In this document: positions 1 to 11,479 of the stretch, in pieces
Layout: the number at the start of each line of letters is the position of its first letter
How positions within the stretch are numbered: position 1 is the stretch's first letter
Origin: Thermoplasmata archaeon
GTDB lineage: Archaea; Thermoplasmatota; Thermoplasmata; RBG-16-68-12; JAFNFQ01
Assembly (NCBI GenBank): GCA_041489255.1
Contig: JBGPQV010000001.1
Location: 224,001 to 288,000 of the forward strand
Length of the DNA stretch: 64,000 nucleotides
Direction: 5' to 3'
Program-made: the position numbers and the translations under genes
Notes under the pieces: generated by a model
The model's database searches: none
What the model saw: only the letters and a program-made list of their open reading frames with translations
What the model was told of the DNA's origin: nothing

Positions 1-2
1 AG

Positions 3-350
3 AGACAGGACATCGTCGCGAACGCGCAGGAGGGGCTCCTGAGGTCACTCCTCCCGATATTGGATGACTTCGACAAGGCTGTCGAGATCGCCGGGGAAGG
101 TGATTCCGGGCTGAGACTGCTGCATGCCAAGCTCCTGAAGATCCTGGAGGAGAGCGGCCTGGTTGAGATTCCCGCCAAGAGCCAGAAGTTCGACCCGTTC
201 ATCCACGACGCGGTCGAGTTCGTGAACGAGAAAGATATGGAGCACGGGACGATCAAGGAAGTCATCCGCAAGGGATATAGATGCAACATGAAGGTATTGA
301 GACCATCTCTTGTGATCGTTGTCAAGAACGAAGGTGAGAAGAATGCCTAA
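3..350 (+). CDS. grpE: Nucleotide exchange factor GrpE (5'-truncated by window edge)
   Basis: Frame is open from position 3 ([23 protein letters not shown]...FDPFIHDAV...KGY...LRPSLVIV); lies directly upstream of dnaK and overlaps its start. Confidence 0.93.
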   Translation, partial: RQDIVANAQEGLLRSLLPILDDFDKAVEIAGEGDSGLRLLHAKLLKILEESGLVEIPAKSQKFDPFIHDAVEFVNEKDMEHGTIKEVIRKGYRCNMKVLRPSLVIVVKNEGEKNA

Positions 351-2187
351 GATAATCGGAATAGACCTGGGAACGACGAATTCGGAAGCCGGATACATGG
401 AGGCCGGAGTGCCGAAGATCATACCGAGCGCTGAGGGCAGCACGTACGGCGGCAAGATGTTCCCCTCCTTCGTGGCTTTCACGAAGGACGGGCAGGTGCT
501 GGTGGGCGAACCCGCCAAGCGCCAAGCCGTCATGAACCCCGAGCGCACCGTCATGCAAATCAAGAGGAAGATGGGGACCGACTACACGGTCAACATCGAG
601 GGGAAGACATACACTCCTCAAGAGATCAGCGCGATGATATTGAGGAAGATCAAGACCGACGCCGAGGCATTCCTCGGGGAGCCTGTGAACCAGGCGGTCA
701 TAACCGTCCCCGCTTACTTCAACGACAACCAGCGTCAGGCCACCAAGGACGCGGGCAAGATTGCGGGACTGGAGGTCTTGAGGCTGGTGAACGAGCCAAC
801 GGCAGCGGCTTTGGCCTATGGCCTGGACAAGAAGGGCGAGGGCAAGATATGCGTCCTGGACCTTGGCGGCGGGACGTTCGATGTCACCCTCATGGAGATG
901 GGCGAGGGCGTTTTCGAGGTCGTCTCCACCAGCGGAGATACGCAGCTCGGCGGCATGGACATGGACAACAAGCTGGTCGACTGGATATCCTCCGAGTTCA
1001 GGAAGAAGGAAGGGGCGGACATCACCGGCGACCGTCAAGCCATGCAACGCCTCAGGGACGCCGCCGAGAAGGCGAAGATCGAGCTTTCCAGTACGCTCAA
1101 CACGACCCTCAACCTTCCTTTCATCACCCAGAAGGACGGAAAACCGGTGCACCTCGAGATGGCCCTCACAAGGGCGAAGCTCGAAGAGATCATCGAGCCG
1201 GTGCTCTCACGGTGCAGGGCCCCGATCGAACAGGCCTTCAAGGACGCGAAATGGAGCTACAACGACGTGAACCACATAATCCTCGTTGGAGGACCGACGC
1301 GCATGCCGGTTGTCCGCGAGAGATTCGAGAGTGTGATCGGAAGGAAGGCAGAGCGGGGCGTCGATCCGATGCAATGCGTCGCTCTCGGAGCTGGGATTCA
1401 AGGAGCGGTGCTGAGCGGCGAGGTGAAGGACATCCTCCTGCTCGACGTGACCCCGCTGAGCCTTGGAGTCGAGACCTTGGGCGGCGTCTTCACCAAGCTG
1501 ATAGAGAGGAACACGACGATACCAACGCGCAAGAGTCAGGTGTTCACGACCGCGGCGGACGGGCAGACCACAGTCGAGGTCCACGTGCTGCAGGGTGAGA
1601 GGCCGATGTCGGGCGACAATGTCTCCCTCGGCAAGTTCCACCTCGTCGGCGTTCCGCCTGCCCCGAGGAACGTACCCCAGATCGAGGTGACATTCGATAT
1701 CGACGCGAACGGGATCATCAACGTCTCCGCAAAGGACCTCGGAACCGGCAAGGAGCAGAAGATGATGATCACCGCCACGAAGAGGCTCGGCGAAAACGAG
1801 ATCGACCGCATGGTCAAGGACGCCGACAAGTACTCCGAGGATGACAGGAAACGGAAGGAGGCCGCGGAGATAAGGAACCAGGCGGACCAGGCGGTGTACA
1901 CGACAGAGAAGATGCTCAAGGAGATGGGCGACCAGATAAGCGAGGCGACGAAGGCGGGCGTCCAGGCGAAGGTCGAGGATCTGAAGAAGGCGCTCCAGAC
2001 CAGCGACATAGCGCAGATCAAGAAGAGCCTCGAGGCCTTGAACCAGGAAGCGCAGAAGATCGGGGTCGAGATATACCAGAAGGCGCAGTCGAGCCAGTCG
2101 ACTCCACCGCCTTCAGGCGAGGCGAAAGGGTCAAAGCCGGGCGACGACAATGTCGTGGACGCTGACTTCAAGGATGTGAAAGACTAG
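343..2187 (+). CDS. dnaK: Hsp70 chaperone DnaK
   Basis: [39 protein letters not shown] motifs; ATG at 343 preceded by GGTGA. Confidence 0.99.
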   Translation: MPKIIGIDLGTTNSEAGYMEAGVPKIIPSAEGSTYGGKMFPSFVAFTKDGQVLVGEPAKRQAVMNPERTVMQIKRKMGTDYTVNIEGKTYTPQEISAMILRKIKTDAEAFLGEPVNQAVITVPAYFNDNQRQATKDAGKIAGLEVLRLVNEPTAAALAYGLDKKGEGKICVLDLGGGTFDVTLMEMGEGVFEVVSTSGDTQLGGMDMDNKLVDWISSEFRKKEGADITGDRQAMQRLRDAAEKAKIELSSTLNTTLNLPFITQKDGKPVHLEMALTRAKLEEIIEPVLSRCRAPIEQAFKDAKWSYNDVNHIILVGGPTRMPVVRERFESVIGRKAERGVDPMQCVALGAGIQGAVLSGEVKDILLLDVTPLSLGVETLGGVFTKLIERNTTIPTRKSQVFTTAADGQTTVEVHVLQGERPMSGDNVSLGKFHLVGVPPAPRNVPQIEVTFDIDANGIINVSAKDLGTGKEQKMMITATKRLGENEIDRMVKDADKYSEDDRKRKEAAEIRNQADQAVYTTEKMLKEMGDQISEATKAGVQAKVEDLKKALQTSDIAQIKKSLEALNQEAQKIGVEIYQKAQSSQSTPPPSGEAKGSKPGDDNVVDADFKDVKD

Positions 2188-2221
2188 ACGGCGGGAACGC
2201 CAGATCGGATGCGCTGAGTGC

Positions 2222-3358
2222 ATGGCGAAACGTGACTACTACGAGGTGCTCGGGGTCACCCGCGAGGCCTCCAAGGATGAGATCAAGAGCGCATACCGGA
2301 AGGCCGCCAAGAAGCACCACCCCGACCTGAACAAGGACAATCCCCAGGCCGAGGAGAAGTTCAAGGAACTCTCCGAAGCGTACGAGGTCCTGATGGATGA
2401 TCAGAAGAAGCTGCTCTACGACCAGTACGGCTTCTCCGGGGTCCAGAGGCAGTGGGGCGGCGAGGGCTTCGACTGGTCACGGTTCACACACTTCAATGAC
2501 ATCGAGGACATTTTCGCCGACTTCTTCGGAGGTGGCGGCTTCAGTGGAAGCCTGTTCGACCAGCTTTTCATGTCGCGCGCGAAGGCTGGACCGTCGAGAG
2601 GCGCCGACCTGAGGTATGACATCGAGATTCCGCTGAAGGAGGCGCTCGATGGGGTCAAGAAGACAATCCAACTGCCGATGCGCGTCGCGTGCGACAAGTG
2701 CGGCGGGAGCGGTGCGGAGGGTGGGAAGATGACCGTCTGCCCGGAGTGCGGCGGGCGCGGTCAGATAAGCAGGAGCCAGCGGAGGGGTTACAGCCAGTTC
2801 GTCACGATCACCACCTGTCCACGCTGCCGCGGTCGGGGTCAGTGGCCCGACAAGAGGTGCGCGGCCTGCTCGGGACTTGGGGAGATCGAGAAGATATCGA
2901 CAATCTCCGTGAGCATCCCGCCGGGCGCCTACGAGGGTCTCAAGTTGAGGCTGCAGGGCAAGGGCGAGCCTGGAGTCAGAGGTGTCGCGCCAGGCGACCT
3001 CTACATCGTTGTCCACCTTGCGGAGGACAAGAGGTTCGAGCGCGACGGGAACGACGTGATCGTGGAGGTCCCAATCACATACAGCCAAGCCGCGCTCGGT
3101 GCGGAGATAGAGGTCCCCACGCTCGAAGGGACGGCGATGCTCACCGTCCCTGCGGGGACCCAGAGTCACACAGTTTTTAAGCTCCGGGGGAAGGGCATGC
3201 CCGCCCTCGGCGGGCGGGGCAGAGGGGACGAATACGTCCGCGTGACGGTGAAGACTCCAGTGAGACTCTCCTCCGAAGAACGAGGCCTACTGGAAAGACT
3301 CGACGAACTGGAAGGTTCAGCGTCTACCAAGCCTCGGTTTTTCGGGAAATCGAAGTAG
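2222..3358 (+). CDS. dnaJ: Chaperone DnaJ
   Basis: J-domain with HPD, G/F region, four CxxCxGxG repeats, C-terminal domain. Confidence 0.98.
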   Translation: MAKRDYYEVLGVTREASKDEIKSAYRKAAKKHHPDLNKDNPQAEEKFKELSEAYEVLMDDQKKLLYDQYGFSGVQRQWGGEGFDWSRFTHFNDIEDIFADFFGGGGFSGSLFDQLFMSRAKAGPSRGADLRYDIEIPLKEALDGVKKTIQLPMRVACDKCGGSGAEGGKMTVCPECGGRGQISRSQRRGYSQFVTITTCPRCRGRGQWPDKRCAACSGLGEIEKISTISVSIPPGAYEGLKLRLQGKGEPGVRGVAPGDLYIVVHLAEDKRFERDGNDVIVEVPITYSQAALGAEIEVPTLEGTAMLTVPAGTQSHTVFKLRGKGMPALGGRGRGDEYVRVTVKTPVRLSSEERGLLERLDELEGSASTKPRFFGKSK

Positions 3359-3361
3359 CGC

Positions 3362-3523
3362 TCACGGGAGGTTCGCAATGATCGAGAACGCCTTCACCAA
3401 GAAGTAGAAGGCAATGATTGCCCCGCTCGCAATCGCAATCACAAGAACATCCTTGAGGATGATCTTCCCTAGTCCCGGTTCCGAACTGTTTGCGGCCACG
3501 TCGCCGTGTTGCGTCGAATGCAT
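3362..3523 (-). CDS. Small (53 aa) single-pass membrane protein, not in ORF track
   Basis: Translated by hand: MHSTQHGDVAANSSEPGLGKIILKDVLVIAIASGAIIAFYFLVKAFSIIANLP*; long hydrophobic helix; TTTATTAA TATA-like box about 28 nt upstream; fills the gap after dnaJ. Confidence 0.6.
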   Translation of the reverse strand: MHSTQHGDVAANSSEPGLGKIILKDVLVIAIASGAIIAFYFLVKAFSIIANLP

Positions 3524-3638
3524 CCTCAACGCCAATAATGGCCTCGCGGCTTAATAAAAATTGTTGTTTGCCTCTCGAAACTTGAAACTCAACTGGGCGC
3601 TAACCATATCTAAGCAGAGCGCGCTTCACTCTGTGAGC

Positions 3639-4388
3639 ATGAAGAAGGTCCTTGGCATCCTGACGGAGGACTTCCGCCTCTATCATGACCTGGTCGCAAC
3701 GCTGAAGGCGAGGGACATACCGTTCGTGAGCCTTTCATTCTCCGAGCGAATACCTTCCAACGTCGGGGCGATACTCACTTCCGTCGCCGAATCGCCGCGG
3801 ATCCGCTTCCCTCACAAGGCCGAGTGCGGGGACATCGAAGATTCAGTGATGAGAGCCCTGCAGTTGCTGAGAGGGAAGACCGGGTGGAAGGAGGTCATTA
3901 TAGGCATCGACCCTGGGAGCGAGCCCGGGCTGGCGGTGATCGGGGACGGGGAGGTTCTGGACGCACGGAGCGTCAATTCCCCGGAGGCGGTCGCACCCGC
4001 CGTTGTCTCGGCGATCAGCAACTTCCCGGCTGACATGTGCACTATCAGAATCGGTCACGGGGACGCGACGAACCGCAACAGGATCATCAACACCTTGGCG
4101 GAAAACGATCTCAGGGTCGACATCGTCGACGAGAAGGGAACGACCAGGCGCACAGAACACCCGGATGCGGATGCGGCAATCCGGATCGCCTTCACCCCGG
4201 GAGTGAGGGCCGCAAGGCACTATGACATCCGACCGACCGAGGGGGAGCTGAAGGAGATACAGAGAAGGAGCCGCCTGAAGAGCGAGGGGGAGATGACTAT
4301 ATCCCAGAGCCTTGCCAGGTCGGTTGCCAGAGGGGAGATGACCCTGGCAGAGGCCATCTCGGTCCACCGTCGCAGGAAGGAGCGCTAG
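3639..4388 (+). CDS. Hypothetical protein with RNase H-like (YqgF/RuvC-like) domain
   Basis: IIGIDPG...VDEKGTT...DADAA acidic pattern; start moved to ATG of MKKVLGIL. Confidence 0.7.
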   Translation: MKKVLGILTEDFRLYHDLVATLKARDIPFVSLSFSERIPSNVGAILTSVAESPRIRFPHKAECGDIEDSVMRALQLLRGKTGWKEVIIGIDPGSEPGLAVIGDGEVLDARSVNSPEAVAPAVVSAISNFPADMCTIRIGHGDATNRNRIINTLAENDLRVDIVDEKGTTRRTEHPDADAAIRIAFTPGVRAARHYDIRPTEGELKEIQRRSRLKSEGEMTISQSLARSVARGEMTLAEAISVHRRRKER

Positions 4389-4453
4389 CAGTTTTCAAAG
4401 TCAGCTAAAGGTATCCTAAGACTCATATAGTTCGTTTGACTTGAATTCAAGCC

Positions 4454-6682
4454 GTGACCGAAAAGGTCGTTCTCAAGGTTGCGGAGGCGCCACAGTCCGA
4501 CGTGGGACTTGGCAGGGCGCGAGTGGACACGAAGACCAGGATGGCCCTGGGACTCGATGTCGGTGAGATCGTCGAGATCATCGGCAAGAAAAGCACGTCC
4601 GCCAAGATCTTCAGGGTCATGCAGGAAGACGAAGGGAAGGGCATCATCAGGATAGACGGCTTGGTGAGGAGAAACGTCGGCTGCTCCATCGGTGACAGGG
4701 TCGAGGCGAAGAAGGCCGAGGTTCTGACGGCCGAGCGCGTCACGATTGCGCCGATAATCTCCGAGGGCCACAGGATCTCGTTCGGCCAGGGAATAGAGAA
4801 CTTCGCCAAGCGCGGGCTGCTGAAGAGGCCGCTCATGAAGGGGGACGTCGTCATAGTGCCCGGCATAGCGCTGATGGGCGGTGCACTGCCGTTCATGGTC
4901 GTGAAGACCACGCCTAAGGGCGTCGTCCAGATCAACGACGAGACAATCATCGAGATGAAGGAGGAACCCGTGAGGGAGGGGGAGGTGCTCACCACCGCCA
5001 TCACCTACGAGGACATAGGCGGGCTGAAGGAGGAGTTGCTCAAGGTCCGCGAGATGATCGAGCTGCCGCTGAAACACGCGGAGCTGTTCGAACGCCTCGG
5101 TATCAACCCGCCAAAGGGAGTCCTGCTCTACGGACCGCCGGGCACCGGCAAGACGCTGATCGCGAAGGCGGTAGCGAATGAGGCGGGTGCGAATTTCTAT
5201 TCCATACAGGGCCCGGAGATAATGAGCAAGTACTACGGGCAGAGCGAAGAGAGGCTCAGGGAGAAGTTCGACGAGGCGCAGAAGAACGCGCCGAGCGTGC
5301 TGTTCATCGACGAGCTGGACAGCATTGCCCCGAGGAGGGAAGAGGTCACGGGAGAGGTGGAGAGGCGGGTCGTCGCCCAACTGCTGACGCTCATGGACGG
5401 GCTGTCCGACCGCGGGCAGGTCATAGTCATCGCAGCGACCAACCGCGAGGAAGCAATCGACCCGGCTCTGAGGCGCGGGGGACGGTTCGACCGGGAAATC
5501 GAGATAGGCGTCCCGGACCGCATAGGCAGGAAGGAGATACTGCAGATCCATTCGCGAGGCATGCCGATAGAAGGCAACGAGGAGGACAGGGAGAACCTCC
5601 TCACAGAGCTGGCGAACGTCACCCACGGCTTCGTCGGGGCGGATATGGCCGCGCTGGCGCGGGAGGCGGCTATGAGGACGTTGCGGCGCTATCTCCCCGA
5701 GATAGACTTGGACAAGCCGATACCGTCCGAGATACTGGAAAAGATGCGGGTGACCCCGGGCGATTTCAAGGAAGCGCTGAAGGAGGTCGAGCCGAGCGCT
5801 ATGAGGGAGGTCCTCGTGGAGATACCGCACACCACCTGGGATGACGTCGGCGGTCTGGAGGACCTGAAAGCGAAGTTGAAAGAGGCGGTCGAGATGCCGC
5901 TCAAGGACCCCGAGTCGTTCAAGCGCATGGGCATAACCCCGCCGAGGGGTATACTGCTCTACGGCGCCCCGGGGACCGGCAAGACGCTGATCGCCAAGGC
6001 GGTCGCGACGGAATCGGAGTCGAACTTCATCAGCATCAAGGGTCCCGAGGTCATGAGCAAGTGGGTGGGGGAGAGCGAGAAGGCGGTGCGCATGATCTTC
6101 AAGAAGGCGAGGCAGGTGGCGCCCTGCATAGTCTTCCTCGACGAGATTGACGCGATAGCACACAGGCGCGGCGGGGGGGAAGGCGACTCGGGTGTCACGG
6201 AGCGGGTGGTCAACCAGCTGCTCACGTCCATGGACGGCTTGGAGAGCAGGGAGGGCGTGCTGGTGATCGCCGCCACGAACAGACCGGACATGGTGGATCC
6301 GGCGCTGCTGAGGGCGGGCCGGTTCGACAAGCTGATTCTGGTCCCTGTGCCCGACGAGAGGACCCGTCTGGAGATACTCAAGGTCCACACGAAGAGCATG
6401 CCTCTGGACGGCGACGTCTCGATCAGCGAGTTGGCCAAGGAGATTGAGGGCTACACCGGCGCAGACATCGAGGGGCTGTGCCGCGAGGCGGCCTTGTCCG
6501 CCCTGAGGGAGAACAGGAAGGCCAAGAAGGTCTCCATGAAGCACTTCGAGGAGGCCAAGAAGAGCGTGCACCCTTCGATGGACGAGGAGACGGCGAGGGT
6601 CTACGAGAGGATGGGGCAGGAGATGGAGAAAGGCATCTCCAAGAAGGAGCGCGAAGAGATCAGCATGGGGTACTATAGGTAA
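4454..6682 (+). CDS. cdc48: Cdc48/VAT family AAA+ ATPase
   Basis: N-domain plus two AAA modules ([18 protein letters not shown] Walker B, GRFD); C-terminal HbYX-like GYYR. Confidence 0.97.
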   Translation: MTEKVVLKVAEAPQSDVGLGRARVDTKTRMALGLDVGEIVEIIGKKSTSAKIFRVMQEDEGKGIIRIDGLVRRNVGCSIGDRVEAKKAEVLTAERVTIAPIISEGHRISFGQGIENFAKRGLLKRPLMKGDVVIVPGIALMGGALPFMVVKTTPKGVVQINDETIIEMKEEPVREGEVLTTAITYEDIGGLKEELLKVREMIELPLKHAELFERLGINPPKGVLLYGPPGTGKTLIAKAVANEAGANFYSIQGPEIMSKYYGQSEERLREKFDEAQKNAPSVLFIDELDSIAPRREEVTGEVERRVVAQLLTLMDGLSDRGQVIVIAATNREEAIDPALRRGGRFDREIEIGVPDRIGRKEILQIHSRGMPIEGNEEDRENLLTELANVTHGFVGADMAALAREAAMRTLRRYLPEIDLDKPIPSEILEKMRVTPGDFKEALKEVEPSAMREVLVEIPHTTWDDVGGLEDLKAKLKEAVEMPLKDPESFKRMGITPPRGILLYGAPGTGKTLIAKAVATESESNFISIKGPEVMSKWVGESEKAVRMIFKKARQVAPCIVFLDEIDAIAHRRGGGEGDSGVTERVVNQLLTSMDGLESREGVLVIAATNRPDMVDPALLRAGRFDKLILVPVPDERTRLEILKVHTKSMPLDGDVSISELAKEIEGYTGADIEGLCREAALSALRENRKAKKVSMKHFEEAKKSVHPSMDEETARVYERMGQEMEKGISKKEREEISMGYYR

Positions 6683-6755
6683 CCGGGCCCCGCCATCGCA
6701 GAGCTAAAATACGTCTGGCGTGTTACTGGCTCAAAGAAAGCCAGGAGGCGATGGG

Positions 6756-7001
6756 ATGAAAAAGTTTGTCAGCGAGCTCCGCGGCAAGACCGTTATGACG
6801 CAGGATGGCCAGATTCTTGGCATGATCGAGAACCTCATGGTCGACACGAGGTCTGGCAAGATCCAGGACGTGCTGGTCATTCCCGCAGAGGAGGTCGAGA
6901 CGAAGCTCTACAAGACCGACGCCCAGGGTCGCATAATCCTGCCCTTCACGGGCATGAAGTCGGTCAAGGACGTCGTCGTGATGACGGTAAAGCCAGAGTG
7001 A
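6756..7001 (+). CDS. PRC-barrel domain protein (CdpB-like)
   Basis: SELRGKTVMTQDGQILGMIENLMVD...G.I...L PRC-barrel pattern; GGAGG upstream. Confidence 0.85.
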   Translation: MKKFVSELRGKTVMTQDGQILGMIENLMVDTRSGKIQDVLVIPAEEVETKLYKTDAQGRIILPFTGMKSVKDVVVMTVKPE

Positions 7002-7097
7002 ACCGCAAGCTCCCGTTTCAGCATTTTTCGCCCGGACTTGGGCGAGCGCCCCAATAAATGATATATCACCGAAGCTATACGGGAGCAGAGAGGACTG

Positions 7098-7580
7098 ATG
7101 GTAGCGGAATTCACCCTTGGACTCGTGTTCCTAGTCATCGGAGTGATAATGCTCGTTATTGAGGCGGCCTCTCCCGGCTTCTTCATGGCGGTCCCGGCCA
7201 CGGTGCTAATCGTCATTGGTCTGCTCGGCATGTTTGTGGAAGGTTTCCTGTTCTCGGTCTGGAGCCCAATACTGGCCATGCTCATCGGCATCCCGATAAC
7301 GCTCTTCACGATGTGGTTCTACTCGCGGTTCTCCCCGCCATCACCGCCGACGACCACGGTCGGAGAGAGCCTGATTAGCCGCCAGGGTATCGTCACCGCC
7401 TTGGTGAGACCGCATTCCTTGAGGGGCAAGGTGAGGATCGAGAACGAGAGCTGGAGCGCGACCTCCGACGAAATCATACCCGTGGGGGAGCGGGTCTTGG
7501 TGATCGGGAGCGAGGGTGTGCATGTCATCGTCCGGCGGCTGACAACCCCGGACACAGGGAAAGGAGGAGGGTCGAAATGA
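7098..7580 (+). CDS. NfeD family membrane protein (short form, OB-fold)
   Basis: N-terminal TM helices, GKVRIENESWSATS; ATGA overlap with the SPFH gene. Confidence 0.9.
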   Translation: MVAEFTLGLVFLVIGVIMLVIEAASPGFFMAVPATVLIVIGLLGMFVEGFLFSVWSPILAMLIGIPITLFTMWFYSRFSPPSPPTTTVGESLISRQGIVTALVRPHSLRGKVRIENESWSATSDEIIPVGERVLVIGSEGVHVIVRRLTTPDTGKGGGSK

Positions 7581-8824
7581 AGGAAAACGATGTGAGGTCG
7601 GGCAAGAGGGAGATTGGCGCAACGATCATGCTCGGAACTCTCGGTCTGATGTCGCTGGACATGTTCGGGCTGACGGCGCAGGTGGAAATCGGGATCGTGG
7701 TCGGGCTGTTCATCCTGATCCTGATCGCCGTCATGATACTGCTGGCGAGCTCGATGAAGATAGTCCAGCCGTATCAGCAGGGACTGCTCATAGTCCTGGG
7801 GAGCTTCCGCAGGGTGCTCAATCCCGGCATGAACTTCGTCCCGCCGATGATTTCCGAGGTGAGGAGAATAGACCTGAGGACGCAGGTGCTCGATGTTCCC
7901 CGCCAGGAAGTCATCACCAAGGATAACTCGCCGACGAACGTCGACGCGGTCATCTACATCAAGGTCATAGACCCCAAGAAGTCGTTCTTCGAAGTCACGG
8001 ACTACCATATCGCAACTTTAGCACTCGCGCAGACCACGCTCAGGTCGATCATCGGTGACATGGAGCTGGACGAGGTTCTGTACAACCGAGACAGGATCAA
8101 CCTGAGGCTCAGGGACGTGCTCGACGAGGCGACTGATAAATGGGGCGTGAAGGTGGACGCCGTCGAGATAAGGGAAGTCGACCCGGTGGGCCCGGTCAAG
8201 GCCGCGATGGAGGAGCAGACATCTGCAGAGAGGCAGAGGAGAGCAGCGATCCTCCGAGCTGACGGTGAGAAGAGGTCTGCCATACTCGTGGCGGAAGGGC
8301 AGAAGAGATCCCGCATCTTGCAGGCCGAGGGTCTTCGGCAGGCGAAGATACTCGAGTCCGACGGACAGAGGCTTTCGATCATCCTGGAAGGGCAAGGAGA
8401 GGCGCAGAAGCTGCGCATACTCGCGCTTGGCGCGGCTGCTCTCGACACGAAGGCGCTCTCGGTCCTGAGCATGGACACCGTGAAGGAAATGTCCCGTGGG
8501 CAGGCGACCAAGATAATCTTCCCGTTCGAAATCAGCAAGATGATCGAGGGCATCAGCTCCTATCTCGGCGCAGCGACGGCGAGAGTCCCGGAAAGGGGGA
8601 TATCGGATCTCCCTTCATTGGAGAAGGCCCTGGGCAGGATTGACCAGGTTCTCGGCCCCTTGCCGAACCCCGAGGAGATCAGGGAGGAGATGAGATACAT
8701 CAAGGAGGAGATGAGGGGGATATCGCCTTCCACCGGGGCCAGCATGCCCGAAGAGGTCAAGAAGCGCAAGACCGTCGAAGAGATCTTGAAAGAAGAGGAA
8801 GACGAGGCGATAAAGGGCAGGTAG
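7577..8824 (+). CDS. SPFH/stomatin-like (QmcA/slipin-type) protein
   Basis: IDLRTQVLDVPRQEVITKDN, AQTTLRSIIG, AERQRRAAIL.A.G. Confidence 0.95.
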   Translation: MKENDVRSGKREIGATIMLGTLGLMSLDMFGLTAQVEIGIVVGLFILILIAVMILLASSMKIVQPYQQGLLIVLGSFRRVLNPGMNFVPPMISEVRRIDLRTQVLDVPRQEVITKDNSPTNVDAVIYIKVIDPKKSFFEVTDYHIATLALAQTTLRSIIGDMELDEVLYNRDRINLRLRDVLDEATDKWGVKVDAVEIREVDPVGPVKAAMEEQTSAERQRRAAILRADGEKRSAILVAEGQKRSRILQAEGLRQAKILESDGQRLSIILEGQGEAQKLRILALGAAALDTKALSVLSMDTVKEMSRGQATKIIFPFEISKMIEGISSYLGAATARVPERGISDLPSLEKALGRIDQVLGPLPNPEEIREEMRYIKEEMRGISPSTGASMPEEVKKRKTVEEILKEEEDEAIKGR

Positions 8825-8907
8825 CTGGCAAGCGATCGGCTCTTGGCAATCAGTTTCACCTCTCCCTCGGGCGAGGCTAATACCAGCCTTGGAGTTCATG
8901 GGCTCGG

Positions 8908-9372
8908 ATGTACTGGACAGAGGAGCTCATGTGCCGCCCCGTCTTGGCGCACTTCCGGTCCTTGGGCTACCGTGTCTACCGCGAGGCGAAGGTTGCGGGA
9001 AGGTGGGTGGACATCCTCGCGGTGGGCAAGGAGATCGTGGCGGTGGAACTCAAGATTCGAAACTGGCGGGAGGCCCTCAAGCAGGCGATGTCCTACCAGC
9101 TCGGCGCGCACTACGCGCTCGTCGCCATGCCCCTCGACCACGTGTTTCCCGCGATGAGATCCCGGCACCTGTTCGAGCGCGAGGGAGTCGGGCTTATGGC
9201 GGTGAGTTCGGCCGCGGGCGACGTGCGGGTCTTGATCGAACCGGAAGCGTCGCCCAGGCTTCTGCCGTTCGTCCTTGACGGGGTGCTTTCTGGCGGGGAC
9301 GGGAAATCGGGAAAGCCGGTGAGGAGAAGGAAGGTCCCTGTGATCGAGATACCGGGGTTCTCGGCGCCTTAG
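8908..9372 (+). CDS. Putative PD-(D/E)XK nuclease
   Basis: RE...VDILAV...VELK...QAMSY (D, ExK and QxxxY motifs). Confidence 0.7.
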   Translation: MYWTEELMCRPVLAHFRSLGYRVYREAKVAGRWVDILAVGKEIVAVELKIRNWREALKQAMSYQLGAHYALVAMPLDHVFPAMRSRHLFEREGVGLMAVSSAAGDVRVLIEPEASPRLLPFVLDGVLSGGDGKSGKPVRRRKVPVIEIPGFSAP

Positions 9373-9454
9373 ATATTCGTCAGCGATTCTGCCGAGACTG
9401 AGCAACTTTATTACCGGTCATCGCGATGCCGTCGCGTCCCCCGGGGGTTCTGTT

Positions 9455-10792
9455 ATGGCTGATGACAGTCCAACAAACAGAGTGCTTGAGGCCGTTAAGA
9501 AGGAGAAGGTCAACTTCGTCCAGATGCAGTTCATGGATTTGCTGGGATTCGTCAAGACGGTCACAATCCCCACGACCAAGATCGAGAGTGCCATGGAGAA
9601 TGGCGTAGTTTTCGATGGCTCCTCTGTCACCGGCTACGCTGAAATAGAGGAGAGCGACATGCGCGTGCGGCCGGACCCCACGACGTTCAAAATCTATCCG
9701 TGGATATCCGGCGACCTCAAGACGGCCGCGATGGTCTGCAACGTGTACGACTCGAGCGGCAAGAGGTTCAGCGGCGACCCCCGGTACATCCTCGAACAGA
9801 CCATGAAGAAGGCGAGGGAACTGGGATACATCTGCTACACCGGTCCCGAGTACGAGTTCTTCCTCTTCAAGATGGACGGCGGGGGCCAGGTGACGAGCAT
9901 CCCCTGCGATTCGGGTCGATACTTCGAGCAGCTGCCCCTGGACAAGGGCGAGGTCGTGAGGAAGAAGACGATCCTGTACTTCAACGAGATGGGGTTCGAT
10001 GCGGAGGCAGGGCATCACGAGGTAGCGCCGGGCCAGCACGAGATAGACCTGCGGTACACCGATGCGTTATCCTCGGCGGACAGGGTGCTGACCCTGAAAC
10101 ACGCCATCAAGACGGTGGCGCTGGAGCAGGGTCTGCACGCGAGCTTCATGCCGAAGCCGATATTCGGGGTGAACGGCAGCGGGATGCACGTGCATCAGAG
10201 CCTCATGACGCCTGAGGGCGAGAACATATTCTACGAGCCTACGGCGAAGTGGGAGCTCAGCGACAAGTGCATGTGGTACATCGGGGGCCTGCTGATGTTC
10301 GCAAGGGAGAACTGTGCCGTGCTCGCCTCCTGGGTGAACAGTTACAAGCGACTGGTGCCCGGGTACGAGGCGCCGGTCTACATCAGCTGGGCGAACAAGA
10401 ACAGGTCGGCGCTGATACGAGTCCCGGCGGGCAGAGGGATGAGCACCCGCCTGGAGGTGAGGAATCCCGATCCCAGCGGCAACCCTTACCTGCAGTATGC
10501 GGTGATGCTCGCGGCGGGGTTGAGGGGGATGTACAAGCAGGTAGAGCCGCCGAGCCCGGTGGAGACCAACATCTACGCCCTCGGGGCTCTTGAAAGGAAG
10601 AAACTCTCCATAGGCAGCCTTCCCGCCGACTTGGAGGAGGCGCTGGACGAGCTGGAGAAGAGCGACCTGATGCGGGAGACGCTGGGGGCGCACGTCTGGA
10701 CCAACTACCTGTATCTCAAGAGGCAGGAGTGCGAGGAGTACAGGACGCAGGTGACGGACTGGGAGCTGAAGAAGTACCTGGCGGTCCTCTGA
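9455..10792 (+). CDS. glnA: Glutamine synthetase type I
   Basis: FDGSS, GPEYEFF, HHEVAPGQHE, FMPKP..GVNGSGMH, SYKRLVPGYEAP, NRSALIRVP. Confidence 0.97.
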   Translation: MADDSPTNRVLEAVKKEKVNFVQMQFMDLLGFVKTVTIPTTKIESAMENGVVFDGSSVTGYAEIEESDMRVRPDPTTFKIYPWISGDLKTAAMVCNVYDSSGKRFSGDPRYILEQTMKKARELGYICYTGPEYEFFLFKMDGGGQVTSIPCDSGRYFEQLPLDKGEVVRKKTILYFNEMGFDAEAGHHEVAPGQHEIDLRYTDALSSADRVLTLKHAIKTVALEQGLHASFMPKPIFGVNGSGMHVHQSLMTPEGENIFYEPTAKWELSDKCMWYIGGLLMFARENCAVLASWVNSYKRLVPGYEAPVYISWANKNRSALIRVPAGRGMSTRLEVRNPDPSGNPYLQYAVMLAAGLRGMYKQVEPPSPVETNIYALGALERKKLSIGSLPADLEEALDELEKSDLMRETLGAHVWTNYLYLKRQECEEYRTQVTDWELKKYLAVL

Positions 10793-10798
10793 GGAATC

Positions 10799-11332
10799 TC
10801 AGTACATAGGGATCTTGCCGCTCCCCAGGATGTCGAAGTGGTACCTCAGGCCGTACACGGTGTACTGCATGGGCGGGACAGGACCCGTGTGAACGGTGGT
10901 AGTCGTCTTGTCATACGCCGTGATTGTCGAACTCTTGACCAAGAGTCGCCCATCAGCATAAACGAGTATCCCGTACTGCCCGTCAATGGTCGAATTGATC
11001 ATCAACGTCACATTGTCAAGGGCGAGACTGCCGCCACCCTGGACCGTTAGGTTGCCCTTCAGGACGATGGTCTCGTTGGACCTCTGCTCCACCTGGCCCG
11101 GACCAATCGTCCAATCCGAATCCATCTCGACGGACGGGTTCGCATCCGAGCGTGAATCGAGCTTCGCGGCATGAGGATGACCTGCCGCGGAGCGATTCAA
11201 TTGCGTGCCGCCTGCGCCCAAGTCAAGAATCGAAGCGAACCCTAGGAGAACAAGCATTCCAATGAGGACTGCGCTCGATGCTCGTCTCCGCCCATGCCCG
11301 GTTGACCTCCACTTGATCAATCTAGGTCCCAT
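10799..11332 (-). pseudogene. Secreted beta-strand-repeat protein, apparently 3'-truncated
   Basis: Signal/TM segment then NETIVLKGNLTVQGGGSLALDNVTL...GILV...G.L.VKSSTI, typical of N-termini of much larger surface proteins; ends abruptly after 177 aa against the glnA stop. Confidence 0.5.
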
Positions 11333-11479
11333 ACCCCATTGGCCGCGACGAGTATTTATGCTGTGTTGAGCGGCGTTGTAATCCTTCTTATATCTAACGG
11401 AGCGGCCCATCGGGCTACCTCTGGGCTGGCTGGTGCGTGTGCATCACTTCTCCGCCGCAGCGCGTGTCAATCTTCTCAC

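Noticed and set aside
4385-6571. Long antisense ORFs (728 aa here; also 31355-32950, 35427-36599, 19353-20534 and others)
   Set aside because: Shadow ORFs opposite well-supported genes in high-GC DNA; no motifs
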